Source: Antedon mediterranea
Lineage: Eukaryota > Animalia > Echinodermata
NCBI RefSeq assembly: GCF_964355755.1
Contig: NC_092677.1
Coordinates: forward strand, 10,686,101 to 10,750,100
Direction of reading: 5' to 3'
DNA: 64,000 nt
Part shown: in pieces, positions 54,101 through 64,000 of the stretch
Position numbering within the stretch: the stretch's first letter is position 1
How the letters are laid out: each line of letters starts with the position of its first letter
Position numbers and translations under genes: made by a program
Notes under the pieces: generated by a model
What the model saw: only the letters and a program-made list of their open reading frames with translations
Database searches by the model: none
What the model was told of the DNA's origin: nothing

Positions 54101-57100
54101 GGTTTTTATGGGGAATATTGCACCCTAACATGTCCATGTGGAGCTAATAAGGCTTGTGACAGAGTAACCAGCGAGTGTTATATAGGTAAGATACAGACAG
54201 GAGAATTTATAGTTGTCATATCATTTGTTACTGTGGTGGATGTTGACGGCTTTTGGTGGAATTGTAACTACAATGTCTTTTTTAAATTTAGTAACTACAA
54301 CAGAAGAACCAACTACAACAGCAGAACCAACTACCACAGCAGAACCAACTACAACATCAGAACCGATAGTGACAACTATGGACATAATAACTCTTGAAGT
54401 GACAACTCCAGAACTGACAACTCCAGGTACTACATCAATTTAATTACCTGTATTGAAAATATGTGAATTCTTATATTTCCACTGTCATGAGATTCCTATT
54501 TTCCAGAATTTATTGACCTATCATATTTAAGTGAGATATTATCCTCAGTGTATAAATAGATCTCAAGTTTTCACAGTTTCTCTTCTGCATTGTGTCATAG
54601 AATTTACTTAGCAACCTATAGTCCTATCCATACTAGTCACACTTGTTGAGTAAAATGTTTTCCATAAATACTAAGTATTTCACTTAAGTCAAAATTGTAT
54701 TATATTGCTCTCAAAATACATAAAACTAACCATGAACGATATTATAAATGAATTTAAGGGTTTTTAAATTAGCTTAAGTGTGAATGAAAAATATGGCCAC
54801 TGTGTTTAATCATGATTCAATGACATGACTATCATCATTTAAAAAAAAATGTTGACAATTGTATGTGTTGTATTAAATAAAATATAAAGAATAAACATTA
54901 TTTTATATTCTGATACTAAACATATTTATACAAACTATTGACAGAGTTGATGGAAACTGTACTGTATACAGATCAACCTGAGATTGTTATTACGGAGGTA
55001 GAAGTGGTTATGACCGAAGCCGCAACAACCACCATACCAACAACTACCGAAATGGTGTTTACAACGGAAGCAGCCACAACGATTATTACAGAAGGTACAT
55101 ATGCGCCAATTCATTTTACAATGTTTAGGCCTAAAATCCTGGAACCACAGCTGTTTTTAGAACAATAAATTATATTATACAGTTTTATTGATGTTCAATG
55201 AATATTTTTCCATTTTAAATTGTTTAATTGTTTAGAACCATCCTACCCGCATGAGTTTGCATGTACGTTTAATGTGAATGATTCGTTGGTAGTTCCAACC
55301 ACTGCTCAGCCTACGACGTTTGCTGTTCCAATGAATATTTACACATCACTTTTACAAGTGTCGGATCCTGAATCTAACAATACTACGACTGAACCCACCA
55401 CAACGATACAGCCAACAACAACTCCAGACTATGGCACAACACCAGTCTATGACCCTTTTGATGAGATTGACGCTGGTTGTATGGTCGATGGTGAATACAC
55501 GCCATTTTTTAATAACCTTGATGAATTTGTAATGCCGTTCGGTATACATAGTAAAGCAGTTGAGGTTCCGCACCGTGGAAAGAATGACACAGTGGTGTTG
55601 TCAATGCCATTTCCAATTCCTTGTGCGGTGTCTCCGTTGGAGTGTGATAGTGGTTTGACCGTGTCTTTCTGGGTAAGACTAACACTCGATGAACTACTGA
55701 AACCGGGAGATAAATATTTCATATCAACTGGTAAGTTTGTTGCATTCATTATCATATCAAAATGGCATTTTTTGCAATTTTACAATAAACAATGTTTATG
55801 ATTGGGTATTAGTTCTTTAGTTAAAGGAAATGACAATTATTCTACTGCAGTAACTACATTTGTTTACTGCAATAACGTATGATATTAGTTTGTTTCTATT
55901 GAAAGGTTTATGAAGCAGTGACTGCAATAAAAGGTTGTATGATTACCTACAAAAGCTTGCCAAATATTGCATAAATAGGTCATAGAGTAAACAGTAACTG
56001 CAGTAAAATAATAATGTTGACAAGGTCACTTTAGGGGATAAATGAAGTATGTACATCATTCCTTTGCACAATTTTTTGGCATTTTGTTCAATTGTTTATT
56101 TAGGTCCGCCAGATCAAGCAGGTTTTGCTGTGTATCACAATTCTGCTACACTGTATGTAGTTGTGAAGGATGGGAACCGTATGTGGAAAGTCATTTTGTC
56201 TGGTGGTTTTATTGTTGGTGATATCTGGACACAGATTGCCTTTACATGGGATAGAGTTGGTAGTTCGGGATTAGAGGTATGCTTTATGCTTCTGTACAAT
56301 CAAAACTGTGCCGCCATTTTGAAAGCAGTACATTGCTATTGAATGTGTACATACAGTAGTAAGAATAAATAGATCAATAATAGCAGATATTATTTATATA
56401 AGCAGAAACTGTAAGTTGATGTATTGTACATTTCATATAAGTAGCAACTTCTGTTGTAGAGGCAGAAATAGTATGTTGTACAACATTAGCAGCAGTAATA
56501 GAAACCTTATATGAAGCTGCAGATATGTAGCAACTACAGTCAATTCAAATACCGGACTCTCGCAAAACCAGAAGTTCAACTGCAGCAAAATATTTTTTTT
56601 TTAAATATAGGTGTTTGTTGATGGCAACAAGAAAAACCAAGAATCAGAGTCAACGCCTGATGTTGTCGCAACAAGCCATGGTTATGTGACTATCGGAGCA
56701 CGACTAGGGTCAGATGTCGAAACGGTAATGGATTCGACAGAGACATTATTTGACGAGCTCTACATTGCAGATCACTATCTTCCAGAATGGGGAAACAGGT
56801 CCACAATATTAGCAAGAGGTGTTGGTAAGTATGTTTTTTCCACAAGAGTACTACAGCAACCTTATTACCTATAAGTTAGATGCTTCAAATATATTTTCTG
56901 CCATCAATGGATCTGTTTTTTATTTATTAATTATTATATTTTATTGCTGTTACTTATTAAATTTTTGTTTATATCTCCAGATCAAGATGATTGTAAGAGT
57001 AATGAATGTGTAAACAGTCACTGTCTAGATGCTGGTATCGATTCTTATATTTGTGACTGCTTTCCTGGCTTCAATGGAACATTTTGTGAAAATGGTAATT

Positions 57101-60100
57101 GTTCTTATGCATTCTATATCAAGTTATCTAAAAGTCTACAGCTCGGTTTAGACTAATAAACTGGTTTGACAAAAAAATTGTGATGCCTAAATATGGTAGT
57201 GATATGATGTCATCGTGTCCATATATGGGCACATCACATTTTTTGTCACATAAAATTTGATAGTGTAGTTTCACTAAATTTGTTTAAAAAGAAGTTGAAC
57301 TATTTGTGTTGTAGTATATATGAACTCTATCAATAAAATGATACAAAGTGTCATATCCCCTAAATAGAGATTAGGTATTATTAAATTAAAAATTAAATAT
57401 AATACAAACATAATTTTCTCCCTAAATTTATCCTAAGGAAGGGACTATTTTATACTTGCTCATGTACATATTTTATTGACATGTTGCATTTTTCCCAGGT
57501 TAGTCAATAAAAACTGAGCACTATAAACCAGGATTTCAAAAAAACATTGGCAGACTAGGTTTATTTCTTTATATTGATTTCATAAGACAATATTATTGTC
57601 CATATATTTTGATAATTTGTTATGTTGTATTTTTAAGATATTAATGAGTGCCATAGTAACCCATGTATTAATGGCAAATGCATCGATAAAGTCAGCCAAT
57701 TTATCTGTGAATGCGAATTTGGTTTTGAAGGAATTGTTTGCGAAATAGGTATGTACTATTTTTTAAACATCATATTGGTTAATCAAAATAATAATTGTCT
57801 TTTGTACAGCACCTAACCAAAATAAATTTTCTATAAAGCGCTACGACCACAAGGCTCGAACTAGGTAGAAATGATATCATTTCATATGCTATGCGAAAGA
57901 GATGGGTTTTCAGCAACTGTTTAAAGATATCAATAGAGTTGGAATTCTTGATTAATTGTGGCAAGGATATAGATGAATGACAAAGATTTCTGCAAGTGTT
58001 TTGGAAGGAGACGAGCAAGTAATAGATATGAAACAGTTGAGTGTAGTGCCTCTTGTGAAAGTACACAATAACACAAGTCACAGTATTTACAAATATTTTA
58101 CTTTTTTTTAGATACTATTCCAGATTTTGTATTTGATAGTTCTTCAACTGCTGATATTGCTCCTGAAGATTTGCGTAAGTTTTTAAAAAGATTTGATTTG
58201 CCGGTCTACACATCTACAGTGTATTTTGCTTGTCTCTATAGTTCATTTAAAAACTCTATTATACCCCTTTCACACCAAAACTCCGGAGTGTCTCCGGAGA
58301 CACCCCGGGGTTTATGACCATTCAAAACGTCGAGAAACTCCGGAGATACCCCTTTCACACCAACCTAGCAACTCCGGGGTTTATAAAATAAAATTGTAAA
58401 TGTCGCCCTCTATTTTGTTTGTTTACATAGCGACGATCATTAGAATCATTTTAATTAATAATATGTTTAATTTAATAATTACTTTCAAAAGTCTCAGAAG
58501 TAATATAATGTTTTATTGATACTACTTATTATTTTTTAACCCGCTATATATGTTGTACAAATATTTAAAGTATTTTGAAATAAAACTAAAGCAATGAGTG
58601 ATCGTGTGAGGATGACCTTTTGACCCGAAACACTCCGGAGTTTGATGTTGGTACCTTTCACACCAAAACACCGGGGTGTTTCCGCAGTTCGCTCTCCGGA
58701 GAATGTTCAGCTGTTCAACCCCGCAGTTTTAAACTCCGGAGTTGCTTGATTTTACCTTTCACACCAAACAGCGGGACGTCAACTCCGGGGTGTCTCCGGA
58801 GTTTTGCTTTTGGTGTGAAAGGGGTATTAGACACAATTTCAGAGATATTTTAGCTCTGTCTTAATAGACATACTGTAAGGCCTCACAAAAGTCTGTTACA
58901 ATATTATTAAAGTCTGTTACAATATTATTAAAGTCTGTTACAATATTATTAAAGTCTGTTACAATATTATTAAAGTCTGTTACAATATTATTAAAGTCTG
59001 TTACAATATTATTAAAGTCTGTTACAATATTATTAAAGTCTGTTACAATATTACAATATCACAGTCTTAGTTGCAGAAACCACCAACCAACCAGGTAGTT
59101 ATGAATATTGAGGGGGTTGTTTTGATTAAAAATCAATACAAGCTACCTTAGCCACTATATTTTAATTTGGTTTTTTTGCATACCTTTTTTTTATAGTTAA
59201 TAACACAGATGTTCTTTACGAACCACTTTATGGATTGGCACAGAAGTACACGCCGTTCTCCAACACGGATGCCGGCTTCCCAGATGGCGGTCTATACACA
59301 ACTATAACAATTGGACGTGGTGACCTTGGAAGCAGTTATGTTGCTCTCCTTTATCCTGGTTCATTGGTGAACGCTTTATTTAGTGAAGAATTATCGCAGG
59401 TGAATGGTGAATGCCTTAGCCAACCAAATAGGTGTGCTGATGGATTTTCCAGTTCATTATGGGTTAAGTTTGAAGCCAACAGTCCCACTAAACCAGGAAT
59501 TATTATGCATGCTGGTGTACAGCCTGGTCAAGGTCCCTTTGCTCTTTTCGAGTTCACAGCAGACTCTCAACTTCAACTCACTGGTTTGTATTTGTACTTT
59601 TATTAATAGTATGTTTTTCTTTGTAGTTTATACAGCTTACAATTCTCTGGTTTATAGTTTTATTTTGACATAATTGCTCAATAAAGATTAGTAACACAGA
59701 GAAAGACATTGATACTTAAATGATATAACAGAGATACATACTCTGATGAACAATGATTTAACAGAGTTGATTAAAAAGCCTGAGCATTGAATACAAGAAT
59801 TTAAAAACAAGTATTTTTGTTTACATTGTGCAGACCTGAATCTCCTTCCAAATCCTAATCATTGACAAGTATTATAGAGTAGATGACCCAACATTACTTC
59901 ACGTCTATAATCCTATTTATAAATATTGTATGACCAAGTATAGTCCTGGGGTCTGGGTAAAATATCTGGCGAAAATTAGGGGGTTATGCTTCGTTACCAA
60001 TGGAATTGAGTCTGACCACAGTACTGGGTTTATCTTAAGTTAAGGAGTGGGATAATACGTGCAAGATGTAATTATAATCAGAGATAATAACATTATTTTA

Positions 60101-63100
60101 CATTAACAGTGAACTACAGTACTGTAGAATACAGAGGAAAGACTGTAGATTATGTGTTCATTCCTAATGTATGGCTGAACCTTGCTGTAACATGGCGACG
60201 AGATGTAGGTGTATCTATGTACATAAATGGATATTCACTCAAATTACTAAAAACATTTATTGATACTTCTGCTGATGGACAAGGATGGTTAACAGTAAGA
60301 AGCTCTAATTCTTTTTAATGAATCAAATGGAGTGGCTTGGTAGTTTAGATGCCTGCCACCTGTCCAATGTCATTTTGAACAAAATCCACTGTTAAAGATT
60401 TGCAATTGTTAAATTAGAATATCTAAAGGCCAACTCATACAGCATCGTATGACGAAGTTCGATGAACCGTCTCATCAGTAGAAAAATAAACATGTTTAAA
60501 GTTTTCCCAAAACCTAAAAACTATCTCAAGACGACTCGTCGTACAATGCTGTCTAAGTTGGTCTTTATCATCTATGTAAACAGGATTGTCACCTTTCAGA
60601 AGGAAAGTGAATAAAACCAATTATCGTTATCCTTGCCAATATGTCTAAATTGAAAATAAATAAAAAATGCTGTTCATATTCTTTATTCTGTATTAATCAT
60701 TCATATGAATTAATAATGTTTGATTTTTAGGTGGATGCACCTGGAGATACAAGCAACTTTGTCACTCTTGGAACTCGATTTGAAAGTTTTATGACAACTG
60801 TCCCTTATCATGTTGGCGACTTTGTCATTTTTCATCGATACATCTACGAATTTGAAGCTCATCTATTTCTTGGTGTCACAGGTAAATACTGTAGTTACAG
60901 AGCTTTCGATTTGTGAAGTTCATAGATCATGTGAAGGCATTGTGTGTATCCCACGAAGATTGGATGTGCTTGCTCACTAAAAATCCAGATGATGACCAAC
61001 GAATTCAGGATTTTTTAAACAAGGGAACGTTGATTTTTCATTGCAGCTGTCAAGCAGTAAAAAATGGGCAATATTGTATTGGTAAATTTTTTTGTATGTG
61101 CGTGGCCCCATGGAAGAACAACCATGTGTTAATATGGGCCTCCATCGTTAAATAAAGTTGAATTTAACATTAATAAGTAGGTTGTTACAGATTAAAAGCT
61201 TTTTTTTGTTCTTAACCGGAGCTAAATTTATTTAGTTGAAAACTGAGGACCATCATATTTAAATGTTAATACTATACACCTTTTAGCTGAAGAGTTTGTG
61301 TTTTTCAACAATGCAACATACTATTGGACAACCGATGCGTATATACGAAGGTTCACTCCCACAATCACGGCATATACACCCAGTGTGTCTCGTACAACTG
61401 ACTATGTCAAGGTTGGTAGTGCTGATCTAATTGTTGTTGATGGTTCTGACTACAAGGGAAGTGCCATCCTGATTGATGGTATTGAAGACCAGTGGATTAC
61501 ATCTGGTGAGCAATAAAAAGATTTATTTCTGTCTTTCACGTTATAAATAAGTTTATATTTACATTGTCCCAATTTTTAACTGCAATATGTTAACCTTTAG
61601 CTATTTTTAAAAATATTTTTATACCTGAATAAAATTTAAAAAAAGATAAACATTTCCCTATCATGGTGATTATTGGTGGTTTGAAAACCAACCGTAGCAT
61701 TTGACGTCTATAATCAAATATGAACACTGCCTTTATTAATGGCCTAGCATAACATTTTTAGTTGGCCTAGCTCCACATAGCCGTTGTTGGCCCAGCCCCA
61801 CATAGCCTTTTTTGAAAGCCTGACTATATCCCTATTTAACTTGAATAAAACAGTCAATCTTTCCACTCATGAATGGAGTATATAGTCTCCTCATTCAACT
61901 CATAAAGATTCATTATTTGTATTTACATTTTTTTTATAGCTGAATTGAATGGAACTTGTTTTAGCAACCCATACCTATGTCAAGAAGGTGTGACCTATTT
62001 ATTTACTGGCAAGTTGACCCCTGTCAATGATGAGGAGTACCATTTTGTGTTTAGTACCGGTGAACAATCTACCAGGGGCGTGTCTCTATACCAACGAGGC
62101 GTCAAATTGGGGGCAGCATTGACAGATGGTGATAAACGATGGATCGTTGAGATAGACTTCCAGCCTGATCCAGGTTAGATTCTTTATTTATTTTGCCACA
62201 CATATAATTTATTTAAGGACATCATTAAGTTAAATTACGGGTCAATCCTTTCAATATTTCTGTCATTATAAAGTGTTTCTTTTTTTTTCAGAAAAATTTC
62301 TAAAGATTGCGATTTCATGGAATAAAACATACGGTATGTTGTTTTACATTGATGGATATGCGATAGCAGCAGATTATGTGGGCTACCGAAAGATACGGGA
62401 GAATGATCTTGATTATCGCCTGTCAATTGGACGTCGCAATGACTTTTTGAGCATGTATTCCAAGCTTATCTTTCAAGAGTTTGTATTTTGGGAGGAATTC
62501 GTTCCTATCTGGAGGTCATTAGAGTTTTTTGGTTTTGTGGGTAAGTTTAATTTGTTGTAACATCTTTCTAAACCCTACCTATAGAGTTATTTTAGTACTA
62601 GAAAGTCAACTCGGTGATATTAGAGTGAAGTAGGACATGGCTGCCCTATCTCTTTAAAAATATAATGAAAACTAAACTTACTGTAGACTAGTAACACCAT
62701 GGTGTTTTTTTAGTGTCATTTTTAAGATTTATATTGTATATTCTTTTAGATTCAAGCTACTATAACAAGCCATTATTATTCTGGGACGCAAAACATTTGA
62801 TTAGCGCTAGTATTAACACACTTGAAGCAAACATGCTACTTCGAGCAAATGGGATGATCCCTTCAGACTTATTTGTAGGCCCAAGTCCTGGAGTGAATCT
62901 AATAGCTGATAAAATAGTAGACCTTACAGCAGATGATGCTCACTTGTACCTGGGTAAGTTGTCAAATGAGACGATCGCTTCAGACTTAATTGTAGGCCTA
63001 AGTCCTGAATTAAATCTAATAACAGATAAAATAGTAGACCTTACAGCAGACGGCTCTCACTTGTACCTGGCTAAGTTGTCAAATGAGATGATCCCTTCAG

Positions 63101-63845
63101 ACTTATTTGTAGACCTAAGTCCTGGAGTGGATTGCTATACAACAGTCTTAACTAAGCAGATAAAATAGTAGAGCAGACAACGCTCACTTGTACCTGGATT
63201 GTTGTCAAAAATAATGATTTGATTTTTTGCGATGTTTACAATAATAAAAACAACATACTTATTTGATCACTCAGGTTATATGGAATATAGTTGCTTGTTC
63301 ACAACTAGCTGGTGTCCAGAAGGAATCAGTTTGGCGATGTGGATCAATATAGAATACCAAAGTTTTACTTCGCCAGTCATTGTTTTCAGGTAAAATAAAA
63401 ATTACTTATAAAAATAAAAAATGAAATGATTTTCTTTGAATTTAACTTGAGCCTCTTTAGTTGCTTCTACCTTTACAAGCCTGTCCAACACCTTTTAAAG
63501 TTGAGTCTTAACATTTGTCCTCTATTATGGGCTTTTCCGAGAATCATGGGGTTTGTTTATGCTCCAGCATCCTCTCTTTACTTCTGTATGTGAAAGCATA
63601 CTTATATAAATTTCAAGATGTTACCACCTCCCATGTCAGTGCCTGATTTTACTGGGATTTTTTCTGTTCTGAACATTTAAAACAAATATACGTAGTATAG
63701 TTGCACTTATGAATTCCATTATCTTGTTAGCTCTGGAGATGGAACTGGTGCTAATGGCATTGCAGTGTACTTCACAAACAATAAGTTGGTGTTTGTTGTC
63801 AACTCTCAAGGTGTTTCCCTGTCGGTTCAAACACCTGTATCTGAA
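27128..63845 (+). CDS. Giant multidomain extracellular/receptor protein (CTLD, mucin, 4x Tie-like Ig-Ig-EGFn, mucin, pentraxin/LamG, EGF); 3'-incomplete, possibly an adhesion GPCR
   Basis: About 50 in-frame GT-AG exons: 27128-27179 (signal peptide), 27650-27922, 28404-28514, 29231-29392, 30724-30741, 34148-34483, 34859-35104, 35648-35782, 36097-36240, 36806-36931, 37255-37371, 38035-38385, 39208-39453, 39644-39778, 39986-40138, 40580-40711, 40943-41056, 41597-41707, 41830-41931, 42258-42275, 42947-43282, 43659-43904, 44450-44584, 44899-45042, 45608-45733, 46052-46168, 46832-47182, 48012-48257, 52480-52614, 52844-52996, 53138-53269, 53592-53705, 54075-54185, 54292-54426, 54945-55094, 55236-55730, 56104-56276, 56611-56824, 56981-57094, 57638-57748, 58112-58174, 59197-59583, 60110-60294, 60731-60881, 61287-61505, 61940-62173, 62292-62540, 62750-62953, 63275-63389, 63731-63845. 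No stop is reached inside the window. Confidence 0.82.
27650..28514 (+). CDS. C-type lectin-like domain exons of the giant gene
   Basis: ILLGIRKINGAWTW...AWKEDEPSSGLDCAYM...WIALSC...YVCC follows the CTLD pattern (WIGL-like, W..EP, C..W..C..C). Confidence 0.75.
29914..30081. mobile_element. Harbinger-like MITE
   Basis: TIR AGGCCAATTTACACAGACG...CGTCTGTGTAAATTGGCCT, flanked by TAA/TTA. Confidence 0.75.
30913..32508 (-). mobile_element. Non-autonomous Helentron/Helitron2-like element (HINE type), ~1.6 kb
   Basis: On the minus strand: a 5' hairpin (GTTATCCGCTTGGTATACCAAGCGGATAAC), a matching 3' subterminal GCGGATAAC, a 3' hairpin AACTCGTC..GACGAGTT and a CTAG-TT end. Inserted in an A/T run with no TSD. 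A second copy lies at 50496-51688. Confidence 0.75.
32700..33435 (-). mobile_element. 5'-truncated non-LTR retrotransposon RT fragment (Rex1/Babar-like), degenerate
   Basis: TNTGAS*GTVLAPFLFTLYTSD...KFADDTALLGLI upstream of ORF 33169-32753 (VERVTTYKYLGVVFDDQLKWGDH). Contains in-frame stops. Confidence 0.8.
34148..41707 (+). CDS. Tie-like cassettes A and B (Ig, Ig, EGF repeats), first copy
   Basis: Ig motifs LRWSFNG...DDGIYEC and LRWKFNG...ESGVYEC. KIFCYPDPLGCICASGWMGQNCDQ.CEDGYYGPNCDLECHC closely parallels the Tie2 EGF region (VFCLPDPYGCSCATGWKG). Confidence 0.78.
37510..37707 (+). mobile_element. Nin/Deu-domain SINE (duplicated at ~46307-46505)
   Basis: CCGGGTTCAATGCCCG B-box, CCACTCAGCTGTAAAATGAGTACCT core and a CCTTTTTTACC tail. 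Confidence 0.65.
38412..38938. mobile_element. ~525-bp MITE-like insert with short TAGGGAC/GTCCCTA ends (duplicated at ~47209-47740)
   Basis: Short inverted termini around a GC-richer interior in an AT-rich intron. Confidence 0.4.
42947..54185 (+). CDS. Tie-like cassettes A' and B', duplicated copy
   Basis: Same exon sizes (336, 246, 135, 144, 126, 117, 351, 246, 135, 153, 132, 114, 111) and near-identical sequence to the first copy. Confidence 0.78.
49296..50257 (+). mobile_element. 5'-truncated LINE B nested inside LINE A
   Basis: ORF ...WFIANKLTLNVNKSK...VKFLGLFLDETLSF...WNNL to 50058, a 3'UTR with AATAAA and an (AATTG)n tail. TSD AAGTA at 49291-49295 and 50258-50262. Confidence 0.88.
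50496..51688 (-). mobile_element. Helentron-like non-autonomous element nested in LINE A
   Basis: Same terminal hairpins and CTAG end as 30913-32508. Removing it restores LINE A codons CTT AAT AAA ATA (L-N-K-I). Confidence 0.8.
53895..53930 (+). ncRNA. Minimal type I hammerhead ribozyme-like motif, probably a Penelope-like pLTR remnant (~53850-54025)
   Basis: TTGCA-CTGAAGA-AG(TGTGTAC)CT-GAAA-GC-TC-TACAA gives the CUGANGA and GAAA cores, a palindromic AGCT helix III, a UC cleavage site, and helix I with one mismatch. Confidence 0.5.
55236..63845 (+). CDS. Pentraxin/Laminin-G-like repeats and two EGF exons of the giant gene
   Basis: Four C-x3-P/S-x2-C-x2-G-x5-W-type motifs (CAVSPLECDSGLTVSFW, CLSQPNRCADGFSSSLW, CFSNPYLCQEGVTYLF, CLFTTSWCPEGISLAMW), W.xIAxTW...YIDG strands, and a Ca-EGF DINECHSNPC. 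Confidence 0.78.
57782..57990 (-). mobile_element. 3' end of an L2-like LINE
   Basis: LPQLIKNSNSIDIFKQLLKTHLFRIAY followed by a TAGCGCTTT...GTGCTGTACAA...(ATT)n tail. Confidence 0.65.
58262..58826. mobile_element. PIF/Harbinger-type MITE, 565 bp
   Basis: TIR TACCCCTTTCACACCAAAA...TTTTGGTGTGAAAGGGGTA with TSD TTA on both sides. Internal CTCCGGAG/TTTCACACCAA repeats. Confidence 0.88.
58888..59053. repeat. Perfect 21-bp minisatellite (AAAGTCTGTTACAATATTATT) x~8
   Basis: Directly visible identical tandem units. Confidence 0.95.
60427..60566. mobile_element. Harbinger-like MITE
   Basis: AGGCCAACTCATACAGCAT...ATGCTGTCTAAGTTGGTCT, flanked by TAA/TTA. Confidence 0.65.
62846..63209 (+). repeat. 3x 117-bp tandem repeat spanning an exon 3' end and its splice donor
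   Basis: Units start at 62846, 62963 and 63080 (CAAATG(G/A)GA(T/C)GATC..TTCAGACTT). The third unit is degenerate. Confidence 0.9.
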
Positions 63846-64000
63846 GTAAGTGAAGTCAAATAAAAAATATTTTCGATGGGGCTTTTTTATTTTTACAATG
63901 TGCCACTCGACTGCACACTTGATGCATGTTCATGTTTCTGAGCATGTGCAGAATGAATTTTAAAAATTCTTCAGCTGCTTTGTCAAGTGTGTACATCAAA

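Noticed and set aside
34148-54185. Calling the giant gene a TIE1/TEK orthologue
   Set aside because: Only the Ig-Ig-EGF head resembles Tie. No FN3, transmembrane or kinase region is seen, and the flanking domains differ.
58888-59053. Perfect 21-bp repeats as a CRISPR array
   Set aside because: Head-to-tail identical units with no spacers.
62954-63168. Full ORF 62713-63168 as one coding exon
   Set aside because: A canonical donor at 62954 joins in frame to the 63275 exon and continues the LamG motif. The extension is tandem-repeat read-through.

Overview
AT-rich, intron-rich animal genomic DNA. It is probably a marine invertebrate deuterostome such as an echinoderm, inferred from gene content and repeat types only. 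I reconstructed four spliced genes by hand from GT-AG exons with consistent phases. (1) The 3' part of ANKS6 (+, 602-6119). (2) PDCD6/ALG-2 (-, 14651-11334), which has a second intact alternative last exon (10413-10312) encoding a different EF5 dimerisation hand. (3) An unrecognised 353-aa coiled-coil gene (+, 21938-24872) with a consensus RFX X-box upstream, so a candidate ciliary gene. (4) A very large mosaic secreted/receptor gene (+, 27128 to beyond the window end): signal peptide, C-type lectin, Thr-rich stalk, four Tie-like Ig-Ig-EGF cassettes, Thr-rich stalk, pentraxin/LamG, two EGF, then at least three more pentraxin/LamG domains. Two of the four Tie-like cassettes come from a ~12.5 kb intragenic tandem duplication that broke inside the Thr-rich exons. 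One copy has a LINE inserted exactly in a splice acceptor, with a second LINE and a Helentron-like element nested inside it. Introns and intergenic DNA are packed with MITEs (Harbinger-, Kolobok-, Mutator-like, foldback), SINEs, LINE fragments, minisatellites and a hammerhead-ribozyme-like motif. All coordinates were read by eye and no searches were run.
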